Assembly: GCA_964501035.1 (NCBI GenBank)
Contig: CAZCRK010000005.1
Location: forward strand, 1 to 56,486
Length of the DNA stretch: 56,486 nucleotides
Reading direction: 5' to 3'
Shown: piece after piece, positions 30,711-39,089 of the stretch
How the letters are laid out: each line of letters starts with the position of its first letter
Position numbering within the stretch: position 1 is the stretch's first letter
Notes under the pieces: model-generated
The model's input: only the letters and a program-made list of their open reading frames with translations
What the model was told of the DNA's origin: nothing
Databases searched by the model: none
Program-made: the position numbers and the translations under genes

Positions 30711-31772
30711 TTGATTATGAATTTATATACACAATTTTTACATCTTATGGAAAATACTTCAATTGCAGCTGGGGTTTATTTTATTGGATCTTTTATTTTT
30801 GCAAAACTAGCTGACTGGATTTTCTCATTTATTTTTGGTCGTTTAGTTGGAAAAACCAAAACCAATGTCGATGATCGATTATTGGATATCCTGCATAAAC
30901 CCATTTATTATAGTATTTTATTTATTGGTTTTAGCATCTCTATCCGTTTATTGGCTCTCCCAGAATATATCACTTTTGTAATCATTGGAGTATTGAAATC
31001 CATTATAATATTAGTTTGGTCTACCTCGTTGTTTAGAGGGTTTATGCATATGATCCAGTGGTATTCTAATAAAGAAACTCAAAATCAATTTGTCCAAGCA
31101 CGAACGCTTCCATTATTTGACAATCTAGGTAAAATAATAATTTTTATTGGCTCTGTTTATTTTGTTTTTCTCAGTTGGGATATCGATGTAACAGGTTGGG
31201 TTGCATCCGCTGGTATTATTAGTGTGGTTATTGGTTTTGCTGCCAAAGACACTCTTGCAAATTTGTTTGCAGGGATTTTTATCATGGCAGATGCTCCATA
31301 TAAAGAGGGTGATTATATAAATCTAGATACGGGCGAGAGGGGTTACGTAAGAAGTATTGGTATTAGAAGCACACGTATTATGACTCGAGATGATATTGAA
31401 ATTACAGTTCCAAACTCCGTGATTGCGAATAGTAAAATTGTGAATGAAAGTGGTGGTCCATTTGAAAATGAACGCATTCGAATAAATGTGAGTGTTGCAT
31501 ATGGAAGCGATATTGATAAAGTAAAATCTATTTTACAGTCTATTGCTGTAAAAAGTGAAAATGTGTGCAATTCACCTGAACCTAGAGTGAGATTTAGAGA
31601 ACTTGGTGATTCTGGTCTTATTTTTCAGCTATTGTTTTGGATAGAAAAACCAGAAATGCGAGGCAGAGTTGCTGATGAAATAAATACTACCATTTACAAT
31701 GCATTTAACGAAGCTAAAATTGATATCCCATTTCCACAACGAACAATTCATTTGGTAAATAAAGAATCTTAA
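30711..31772 (+). CDS. Small-conductance mechanosensitive channel (MscS family)
   Basis: GFAAKDTLANLFAG, IGIRST, VPNS and IPFPQR motifs. Confidence 0.9.
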   Translation: MIMNLYTQFLHLMENTSIAAGVYFIGSFIFAKLADWIFSFIFGRLVGKTKTNVDDRLLDILHKPIYYSILFIGFSISIRLLALPEYITFVIIGVLKSIIILVWSTSLFRGFMHMIQWYSNKETQNQFVQARTLPLFDNLGKIIIFIGSVYFVFLSWDIDVTGWVASAGIISVVIGFAAKDTLANLFAGIFIMADAPYKEGDYINLDTGERGYVRSIGIRSTRIMTRDDIEITVPNSVIANSKIVNESGGPFENERIRINVSVAYGSDIDKVKSILQSIAVKSENVCNSPEPRVRFRELGDSGLIFQLLFWIEKPEMRGRVADEINTTIYNAFNEAKIDIPFPQRTIHLVNKES

Positions 31773-31774
31773 AA

Positions 31775-31870
31775 TAAAAAACCCACAAGTTAATGTGGGT
31801 TTTTATCCTCCTCATGTACCTTTTGGGTTAATATTTTTCCTCCTCCAAGAAATCGCCCAAGGCGTACATA
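31775..31870 (-). ncRNA. Candidate sRNA A: stem-loop with GGAGGAGG, a second GAGGAGGA, then a terminator
   Basis: ATGTAC/GTACAT and TTGGG/CCCAA stems enclose the motif at 31839-31846; second motif at 31806-31813; strand not certain. Confidence 0.4.
31777..31804. terminator. Bidirectional intrinsic terminator
   Basis: AAAAACCCACA-AGTTAA-TGTGGGTTTTT, with T runs on both strands. Confidence 0.8.
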
Positions 31871-31894
31871 TAATTTTATATTCAAAAAAACCTT

Positions 31895-31915
31895 TTGTAG
31901 GTGTTTCCCCTACAA
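31895..31915. promoter_or_regulatory. Inverted repeat TTGTAGG-N7-CCTACAA (operator or degP terminator)
   Basis: Perfect 7-bp arms between the degP stop and candidate sRNA A. Confidence 0.4.
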
Positions 31916-31959
31916 GAATATAAAACCTCAAAACAAGGTAAGTCAATTAAAAAGTTAAA

Positions 31960-33297
31960 TTATTCTATTTCAAATGCAACTAATCGTGCAGAATCATTTC
32001 GAATGATTCGCATTACGATGGCATCTCCAGATTGATAACCTCTTAACTCATTCTTATATTCCTGTAAATTTTGGATATTTGTTCGTCCAATTTTAGTAAT
32101 AATATCACCTTTTCTAATATTGTTTTCAGAGGATGCAGATTCTCGTTTTACTTCAGAGACTATTACTCCATCACCATTGGTATTCTCAACTTTTAAACCC
32201 AAAATATCAAATAAAGACCCAGATGCAAAGGACATTCGCAAGTCATCTTCTTCAGGCCGTTCTCCTAGTTTCACTTTTATATATTTCTTTTTTTCATTTC
32301 TAATAATTAAAAATTCAGATATATCATTTGGATGTCCTGAAGAAACCATGAGTTTTAAGTCAGAAGCATCATTCACAGGTTTACCATCGATTTTAATAAT
32401 TACATCTTGCTCCTCTATGCCTGATTTGTCTGCTGGGCTATCTGGTAAAACCTGACTAATGATAGCACCATGTCGAGATTCGAGATGTAACGCTTTTGCC
32501 ATATTCTCGTCAATATCTTGAATGGTGACACCTAACCACCCTCGCATTACTTTTCCATCAGAAATTAAATCTTCAACCACTCGTTTGACTTGATTTATAG
32601 GAATTGCAAACCCAACCCCAGCATTTGCCCTGCTATATCCGTCGGTAGCTATTGCAGTGTTTATGCCTACTAAGTTTCCATTTAGGTCGAATAATGCACC
32701 CCCTGAATTTCCAGGATTAATTGCAGCATCATGTTGGATAAAATCTTCATAGTTGAGTCGACTTATAACATCACTACGACCTTTTGCACTCACAATTCCA
32801 GCTGTAACCGTGTGGTTGAGATGTAATCCAAATGGACTCCCAATTGCAACTACCCATTCTCCAATTTCAAGTTTATCAGAGTCACCCAATTTTGCAGATG
32901 TAATTTCATTACTTTCTATTTGAATTATAGCAATATCAGACATGGGATCCGTTCCAATTATTTTTGCTTCAATTTCACGTTTATCTTCAAGAATTACTTT
33001 AATTTCATCTGCATCTTCAATCACATGATTATTGGTTACAATATACCCTTTTCGTGCATCAATAATCACACCTGAACCGAGGCCATGTCCTTTACGCTCT
33101 TGAGGTTCAAATTGATTTCCACCCCATGGAAACATAAATTGGTGAAATTCATTTTTTACTGTTTTCTCTGATACAATAGAAACAACGGTGGGATTCCCAT
33201 TTTTGGCAACTTCAATAAATGCTTTGCTAAAATCAGCCTTACTTGGCGCCCCCAATAGAATCGTGGTAAAAACTAAAACAACTATTTGTTTAAACAT
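31960..33297 (-). CDS. degP: HtrA/DegP-family serine endoprotease with two PDZ domains
   Basis: Signal peptide; TNNHV, SDIA and INPGNSGG triad motifs; two PDZ domains. Confidence 0.9.
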   Translation of the reverse strand: MFKQIVVLVFTTILLGAPSKADFSKAFIEVAKNGNPTVVSIVSEKTVKNEFHQFMFPWGGNQFEPQERKGHGLGSGVIIDARKGYIVTNNHVIEDADEIKVILEDKREIEAKIIGTDPMSDIAIIQIESNEITSAKLGDSDKLEIGEWVVAIGSPFGLHLNHTVTAGIVSAKGRSDVISRLNYEDFIQHDAAINPGNSGGALFDLNGNLVGINTAIATDGYSRANAGVGFAIPINQVKRVVEDLISDGKVMRGWLGVTIQDIDENMAKALHLESRHGAIISQVLPDSPADKSGIEEQDVIIKIDGKPVNDASDLKLMVSSGHPNDISEFLIIRNEKKKYIKVKLGERPEEDDLRMSFASGSLFDILGLKVENTNGDGVIVSEVKRESASSENNIRKGDIITKIGRTNIQNLQEYKNELRGYQSGDAIVMRIIRNDSARLVAFEIE

Positions 33298-33561
33298 TAT
33301 GTCCTTTCCGAATTATTAATGCATTATGAATGCAAAGAATGTCAACTTGTTCCAAATGAAAATATAATCTGCAAATTTATACTGAATCAGAATTAATTTA
33401 CGATATGAATTTAATGATACTATTTAACTATAAGTGAACACCCGGTTTAATCACCGGTCGGTGCTTTCACAATACTCATATTTTCATTTAATTAACTCCA
33501 CTTCTGGAGTTAATCAATCCCCCAAACCCAATATAAATCTTAACTATAATCAAGGAATATT

Positions 33562-34590
33562 ATGAAATTTTTGTATTTAACAATTGTGTTATCTGTGATG
33601 AATTGCGCGCAATTTCAAACTAGAGAGTTTCAGTTAACTGTTGAAATAATACTAGATGCAACACCTAATCAAAAAGTAGAAGTATGGATGCCAATTCCAC
33701 GATCCAATCCTAGTCAAACTATTTCAAATTTCAAAATAGATACCCATTTGAATTACGAGTTAAAAAGTGACCCTGTTCATCATAATACATACCTTTATAT
33801 TCATGAAGAAAATGGAATTGATGCTAAAGAAACTATTCACTTTACCTGTGATGTAATTAGAAAAGAACACGGCTCACTCATACAGCTTGATGGTAGCAAT
33901 GAAAATTATGTTTCTTCAAATTCACAGGTGCTAGTTGGTGGAGTATTTTCTGAAATTATTGATACATATACTTTAAATAAAAACAATATGAGAGCAGTGT
34001 ATGATTTTGTGTTGAATGGAATGCATTATGGAAAACCAAAAAGTAAAGAAGATATCTATTATCAATCACCCTGGCTATATGCGGATTCAACATATGGACT
34101 TGAAGGTGTACATCGCGATACTATTGTTTCATTGTATCAAAAGGCAAAAAAAGAAAACAGCAATTACACATTTGGGAATGGTAATTCCTTGTATGCATGT
34201 AATATTGGAGTAGGAAATTGTACAGATTACCATTCGTATTTTATGTCCTTAGGAAGGACCTTAGGTGTCCCAGTTCGGTTTCATATGGGATTTCCCATTC
34301 CGGAGTTACCCTCTGGTAAAATTTCAGGGTATCACTGCTGGGCTGATTTTTATACAGAAAATGAAGGTTGGACACCAGTAGATATTTCTGAAGCAGATAA
34401 GCACCCAGAAAAGGAGGATTATTATTTTGGTACAATTTGTGAAAATCGAATTGAAATGTCTGTTGGGCGCGATATTGTTTTAAAAGGATATGAAGAAAAC
34501 CCTGTAAATTTTCTAATCTATCCAAGGGTAGAAATTGATGATGTTAATGCAAAATCATATACATACAAAATTTCATATAAAAATCTGTGA
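33562..34590 (+). CDS. Exported transglutaminase-like protein
   Basis: Possible lipoprotein signal (..VMNC); triad GNCTDYH, YHCWADF, PVD. Confidence 0.85.
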   Translation: MKFLYLTIVLSVMNCAQFQTREFQLTVEIILDATPNQKVEVWMPIPRSNPSQTISNFKIDTHLNYELKSDPVHHNTYLYIHEENGIDAKETIHFTCDVIRKEHGSLIQLDGSNENYVSSNSQVLVGGVFSEIIDTYTLNKNNMRAVYDFVLNGMHYGKPKSKEDIYYQSPWLYADSTYGLEGVHRDTIVSLYQKAKKENSNYTFGNGNSLYACNIGVGNCTDYHSYFMSLGRTLGVPVRFHMGFPIPELPSGKISGYHCWADFYTENEGWTPVDISEADKHPEKEDYYFGTICENRIEMSVGRDIVLKGYEENPVNFLIYPRVEIDDVNAKSYTYKISYKNL

Positions 34591-34646
34591 CTTTTTACTA
34601 AAAATCACGTCCAACTCATATTCAAAAATTAACGAAAGGAATAAAC

Positions 34647-35693
34647 ATGAAAAAGTTAGTAATGGTACTACCAATATTAGCATTGGTATTTGCAAGTATA
34701 GAAATTAGTGGTGATGCTCGGGTTCGTCCTCGTGTAGATGTAAAAGATTATGGTATCTACCAAGATGGTGATGGATACTCAAAAACTACAGATAGTTATT
34801 TTTTATATAGGGCACGATTAAACATCAAGGCAGATATTGGGAATGGATGGTTTTTTAATACAAAACTTGGAACTAACACACCTGCCTATTGGACAGGGAA
34901 ATTTGGTGACGGTGACTTCCCAAACGAATCCTCATTACCTTCAGCTGGACGGGGTTCATTATCTTTTATGGAATTATATTATGGATACAAGGGTGAAACT
35001 GCAGGATTTTGGGGTGGTGTAATCCCTCTTGCTGGTCATGCAGGACTCGATTTGCATTTTTATCCAAATAAAGTAGTGGATATTCCGTGGTTGATTTATA
35101 ATAATAATGCTACCACGGGTTTTGCGGGTTATCATCAATTATTCAACAGAAAACTTAACTGGTTTGTTTCAGTGGATAATAATCCAACAAACATTTTAGA
35201 AAATACTGATGGTAAAACAAAAGATAATGATGCAATATCTATTGGGTTAGATTATGCCTACACATTTTTTGGGATTGACATGACATCATTTTTAGTTAAA
35301 TCATTTGGTAGTACTGGTGAATCTTCACCAATTACGTATGGTGAACATTTTTCATTTCCAAAATTTGCTGGATTTTCACTCGATGGTACATGGGCATGGA
35401 CAAATAATGTAAAAGGTGATGATGAATATGAAGGTTATATTCTTCGATCAAAGATTAGTAAGGATATTGGTCCAGGATCAGCATTAATTTGGTACGATAT
35501 TGCAAATGTTAAAGATGAATCTTCTGAAATAGATTATACATATTTGTGGGCACATTATAAATATGTAGTGCATTCATCCGATTTTGGTGAAGTCAGTATT
35601 AAACCTACCTTGAGAATTGATACTAAAAAATCAAACAGTGACGATTATTCACGAACTAAATTTGAAATAACTACAGAAATAAAGTTTAAGTAA
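34647..35693 (+). CDS. Outer-membrane beta-barrel (porin-like) protein
   Basis: Signal peptide; SGDARVR and YRARLNI strands; aromatic-rich; ends EIKFK. Confidence 0.65.
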   Translation: MKKLVMVLPILALVFASIEISGDARVRPRVDVKDYGIYQDGDGYSKTTDSYFLYRARLNIKADIGNGWFFNTKLGTNTPAYWTGKFGDGDFPNESSLPSAGRGSLSFMELYYGYKGETAGFWGGVIPLAGHAGLDLHFYPNKVVDIPWLIYNNNATTGFAGYHQLFNRKLNWFVSVDNNPTNILENTDGKTKDNDAISIGLDYAYTFFGIDMTSFLVKSFGSTGESSPITYGEHFSFPKFAGFSLDGTWAWTNNVKGDDEYEGYILRSKISKDIGPGSALIWYDIANVKDESSEIDYTYLWAHYKYVVHSSDFGEVSIKPTLRIDTKKSNSDDYSRTKFEITTEIKFK

Positions 35694-35699
35694 TCCTTG

Positions 35700-35737
35700 G
35701 AAGTTTGAAGAAAGAAGTGTGAAGTTTGAAAAGTGAA
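35700..35737 (+). repeat. Heptamer tandem repeat (GAAGNNN), left arm
   Basis: GAAGTTT GAAGAAA GAAGTGT GAAGTTT GAAAAGT GAA. Confidence 0.8.
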
Positions 35738-35752
35738 TCTATGGTTAAATAA

Positions 35753-36106
35753 TTGAAAAGTGATATCCCGGAACGATCTTTTGCATTTGCCAAAATGGTC
35801 GTGATTTTATGTAGAAAATTGGAAAAATCTTCTAATATTAATCGGGCATTATCACTTCAGTTATTTAGATCTAGTACTTCAATTGGGGCAAATATTGAAG
35901 AAGGTCAAGCAAGTCAAAGCAGAGCAGATTTTATTCATAAATACAGCTTAGCTTGTAAAGAAGCTCGTGAAACACATTATTGGATTAGATTATTGGAAGA
36001 AACTGAAATAATTGATAAAAATAATTTGATTGACATTAAACAAGAATGTAATGAGTTAATAGCTATTTTAACTACCATAATTAAGAACACCAAAAAGGGA
36101 TCATGA
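35753..36106 (+). CDS. Four-helix-bundle protein (23S rRNA IVP / bAvd-like)
   Basis: QLFRSSTSIGANIEEGQASQSRADFIHK..ACKEARETHYWIRLL. Confidence 0.92.
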   Translation: MKSDIPERSFAFAKMVVILCRKLEKSSNINRALSLQLFRSSTSIGANIEEGQASQSRADFIHKYSLACKEARETHYWIRLLEETEIIDKNNLIDIKQECNELIAILTTIIKNTKKGS

Positions 36107-36234
36107 TGAAATCTGTTCAAAATTTATTTCATTCGCCTTCCCCCTTCAAACTTCTTTCTTCATTCTTCACCCTTCACATTTCCCTCTTCACCCTTCACAT
36201 TTCCCTCTTCACCCTTCACATTTCACCCTTCTAA
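36103..36234 (+). CDS. Possible 43-aa peptide encoded by the right repeat arm
   Basis: ATG overlaps the upstream TGA; MMKSVQNLFHSPSPFKLLSSFFTLHISLFTLHISLFTLHISPF; its TAA overlaps the next SD. Confidence 0.3.
   Translation: MMKSVQNLFHSPSPFKLLSSFFTLHISLFTLHISLFTLHISPF
36132..36231 (+). repeat. Heptamer tandem repeat (TTCNNNY) including about three 21-bp units; right arm, inverted relative to the left arm
   Basis: CTTCAAACTTCTTTCTTCA, then TCTTCACCCTTCACATTTCCC repeated from 36164. Confidence 0.85.
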
Positions 36235-36242
36235 GGAATTTT

Positions 36243-37091
36243 ATGAACGCAATAGTTATTACAGGTGTATCAACTGGAATTGGAAAAAGTGCATTAGAAT
36301 CATGTGTTGGTGCGGGATATCATGTTTTTGGATCTGTGCGCAAAGAATCAGATGCTGAAACACTTTTAAAAGATTTTCCAAATAATTTCACCCCATTAAT
36401 TTTTGATGTTCGTGATACGGATGCTATACAAAAAGCAGTAAAACAAGTTGAAGATACATTAGGCAAAGATGGAAAATTGTTGGCTCTTGTCAATAATTCA
36501 GGTATTGCACTAGGTGGACCCGCATTGTATTTAGATGCAGATGTATTCAGAAAACAATTTGAAGTAAACTTGTTTGGAGTGGTTTCAGTGACAAATGCAT
36601 TCTCTAAATTATTAGGTGCATATCATGGGTCTAAACATCAAGGGAAAATAATTAATATTAGTTCAGTCAGTGGAAAACGCGCATTTCCATTTGTCGCGCC
36701 ATATACAGCATCAAAACATGCATTGGAAGGGTACTCAGACGCATTACGAATGGAGTTAATGCTCTATGGAGTAGATGTCATTTTAGTTGAACCGGGACCC
36801 ATCAAAACCGCTATTTGGGACAAAACACCAGACCCAGAAGACAATCCATTTGTTGGAACAGATTATGAATCATCGTTAAGACGTTTCTACAATCAAATTA
36901 TTGATAAAATAAAGAATGCACTCCCATCAGAAGTTATTGGTGATGCAATCAAAATGATTATTGAAAAAAAACGCCCAAAACCACGGTATGTTTATACGCG
37001 AAATAAATTTCTAGATTTTTCCATTTTAGGGTTATTGCCAACTCGATTTGTAGATAAAATTATTGCAAAGGCATTGAAATTGATTAAGTAG
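36243..37091 (+). CDS. Short-chain dehydrogenase/reductase
   Basis: TGVSTGIG, NNSGI, NISS and YTASK motifs. Confidence 0.92.
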   Translation: MNAIVITGVSTGIGKSALESCVGAGYHVFGSVRKESDAETLLKDFPNNFTPLIFDVRDTDAIQKAVKQVEDTLGKDGKLLALVNNSGIALGGPALYLDADVFRKQFEVNLFGVVSVTNAFSKLLGAYHGSKHQGKIINISSVSGKRAFPFVAPYTASKHALEGYSDALRMELMLYGVDVILVEPGPIKTAIWDKTPDPEDNPFVGTDYESSLRRFYNQIIDKIKNALPSEVIGDAIKMIIEKKRPKPRYVYTRNKFLDFSILGLLPTRFVDKIIAKALKLIK

Positions 37092-37115
37092 AAGTACCAA
37101 GGTGTGAAATGATAA

Positions 37116-38876
37116 TTATTCGGAAATTATAATATTAACCATTTCTAAAATATCCAATACATTAATGCTTGTATCTTCATTCATATCAAAATGACATAAT
37201 TCTGTTTCGGTTGGATTATTACCATTTATAATGATATTGACCACGGTAACAATATCCAAAACATCAACAATTCCATCATTATTACCATCACCTGTGGCAC
37301 AAGATTGGGTAACCGTTAAACTCCCACAATTTGTGTAAGCAGTTCCCCAACAATCCGATTGACAAGATATGACTACATTGTCGAAACACACTTCTGTACT
37401 ACCAGCAGATAGTCCAATAAAACCCATATCAAACACATGAAGTGAATCATTCGGAAATGTCTCTCCAAAAAAGCTAAATCCAATTATGGAGGTTTCATTG
37501 TTCGAAAAATAAAATGACTCTGGTAAATACTCTGAAACAATTATAGTATCCAATACTGTTAAAAGAGAATCATACTGCACATCAATTTGGAGCCCTCCCC
37601 AGTCATTATTAAATTCATGGTTAATGATAGTATAATTAACAGGTAAAAATGCAGTATCACCAATTTCAATTGTAATGTTATCAATTTGAAAAATCACATC
37701 CATAAAATCTAAATACACCCAAAGTTCAGTTGAAGCTGGGAAATGAACCCACAGAATTTCATTTTCAAGAAACCAATCTTCATCAGCATTCATGTTAGCA
37801 ATGTGAATTGATTCAAGCAACTCCATTTTTAATCCAGCTATTCCAAATACCATTGCATCTGATTGATTATCTAAATGCAGATATTCAACGGTAGAATTGG
37901 TTATATGAGTAATTAATGTATCAGAATTAGAAAATTCAGATATGGAAACAAAATTATTACTCTGTTGGCCTTTGAAATGAATAAACTCATTTTCATCAAT
38001 TTGTCCAATTGCTTCCGCCCAATATGCTCTGCTTGGTTCATCTAACCGAATATGAATAAACTCTGGGTTATCGACTAGTTCAAACTGTTCTAACCAATCA
38101 CATGTATGTGTTTCATCCATCACAGAGTAACCATGTCCGCCACTCGGATTAGTTTCAATCCACATATTATCATTACTATTGATTAATAAATTGTATAAAT
38201 CCTCAGCATGGTATCTGTGTGGTTCTGACGAGCCAAAATCTAAATAAAGGGGGGTGTTTTGTAAATTAGTATGCATACTTTGCGTGGAATCTTCAAAAAA
38301 CACTGCACTATTTCTGTGATAGGTAAATGGGACTTCATCTGGCGTGCCACCAAACCATTCAATCATACTATTATTTCCATCCATCTCATCGAATCTGCGT
38401 TCACAATCTAAAATTCCAGACCCCGATGCAGTTGCAGCCACCATTGGACGTGTAGGGTCTAAATGATTATTTGCATAGATTGCTCCAGTTGCACCACCCA
38501 TTGAACCACCTACCATATAAATTCTGTCTTTATCTATGTTAAATTCTTCCTGCATCCACAGTATTTCACTCTCAACCATACTTTGCATTGCTTGATGGTT
38601 GTAGTTGTTAGCAGAGCCACCAAAAGGGGATAAAAAGAGCCACCCTCTACTATTTGCTTCTTCGTCGAATTCAGTTGAATAGTTTGAATTTTCATTTCCA
38701 CCCCATTGATGAAATGCAACTAAAAGCGGTACACCAGTTTCTCCAGTATAATTTTCAGGAATTTGGTAAGAAAAAGTGTCAATGGTATCGCTATTAACGA
38801 CGTAAAAGTCTGAAAATATTTCTTGAGGAAAAATGAGGGTGAACATACAAGCGATAATAAAATATTTTATTTTCAT
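37116..38876 (-). CDS. Secreted alpha/beta hydrolase with a cohesin-like domain and a C-terminal dockerin
   Basis: Signal peptide; GGSMGG elbow; GGHG; duplicated Ca-loops GDGNNDGIVDVLD and DMNEDTSINVLD. Confidence 0.78.
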   Translation of the reverse strand: MKIKYFIIACMFTLIFPQEIFSDFYVVNSDTIDTFSYQIPENYTGETGVPLLVAFHQWGGNENSNYSTEFDEEANSRGWLFLSPFGGSANNYNHQAMQSMVESEILWMQEEFNIDKDRIYMVGGSMGGATGAIYANNHLDPTRPMVAATASGSGILDCERRFDEMDGNNSMIEWFGGTPDEVPFTYHRNSAVFFEDSTQSMHTNLQNTPLYLDFGSSEPHRYHAEDLYNLLINSNDNMWIETNPSGGHGYSVMDETHTCDWLEQFELVDNPEFIHIRLDEPSRAYWAEAIGQIDENEFIHFKGQQSNNFVSISEFSNSDTLITHITNSTVEYLHLDNQSDAMVFGIAGLKMELLESIHIANMNADEDWFLENEILWVHFPASTELWVYLDFMDVIFQIDNITIEIGDTAFLPVNYTIINHEFNNDWGGLQIDVQYDSLLTVLDTIIVSEYLPESFYFSNNETSIIGFSFFGETFPNDSLHVFDMGFIGLSAGSTEVCFDNVVISCQSDCWGTAYTNCGSLTVTQSCATGDGNNDGIVDVLDIVTVVNIIINGNNPTETELCHFDMNEDTSINVLDILEMVNIIISE

Positions 38877-38904
38877 GAACTGAATTTACAACCAATTCTG
38901 AACA

Positions 38905-38938
38905 AAAATCAAAAGGCCCCGAAATGAATCGAGGCCTT
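38905..38938 (-). terminator. Intrinsic terminator
   Basis: Minus strand reads AAGGCCTCGA-TTCATT-TCGGGGCCTT-TTGATTTTT. Confidence 0.75.
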
Positions 38939-39000
38939 AATCTAAAGGAGGAGGTTGAAAAAAATTCAAAGAGGAGGAATGAACATCTTTCAACTGCCAT
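38905..39000 (-). ncRNA. Candidate sRNA B: stem-loop with a CCUCCUC loop, a second CCUCCUCCU, then a terminator
   Basis: GUUGAAAGA/UUUUUCAAC and GUUCA/UGAAU stems with G-U pairs only on the minus strand; TAATTT upstream; terminator downstream. Confidence 0.55.
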
Positions 39001-39038
39001 AAATTAGGCAGAAAAACAATACCCAGTTGTATTATTAA

Positions 39039-39068
39039 TTGTAACAAAGTGTAACGTTCTCGTTACAA
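39039..39068. promoter_or_regulatory. Triple TGTAAC/GTTACA boxes (putative transcription-factor site)
   Basis: TGTAAC at 39040 and 39050; palindrome TGTAACG-TTCT-CGTTACA at 39050-39067. Confidence 0.5.
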
Positions 39069-39089
39069 ATAAATTCAAACAAATTATTT

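Noticed and set aside
35700..36234. Diversity-generating retroelement or CRISPR array at the Avd-like gene
   Set aside because: No reverse transcriptase or TR/VR pair was seen. The repeats are contiguous 7/21-mers without spacers, and there are no cas genes.
38794..39000. 68-aa ORF upstream of the dockerin hydrolase
   Set aside because: It runs through a terminator and overlaps the real gene out of frame; a structured RNA explains the region better.
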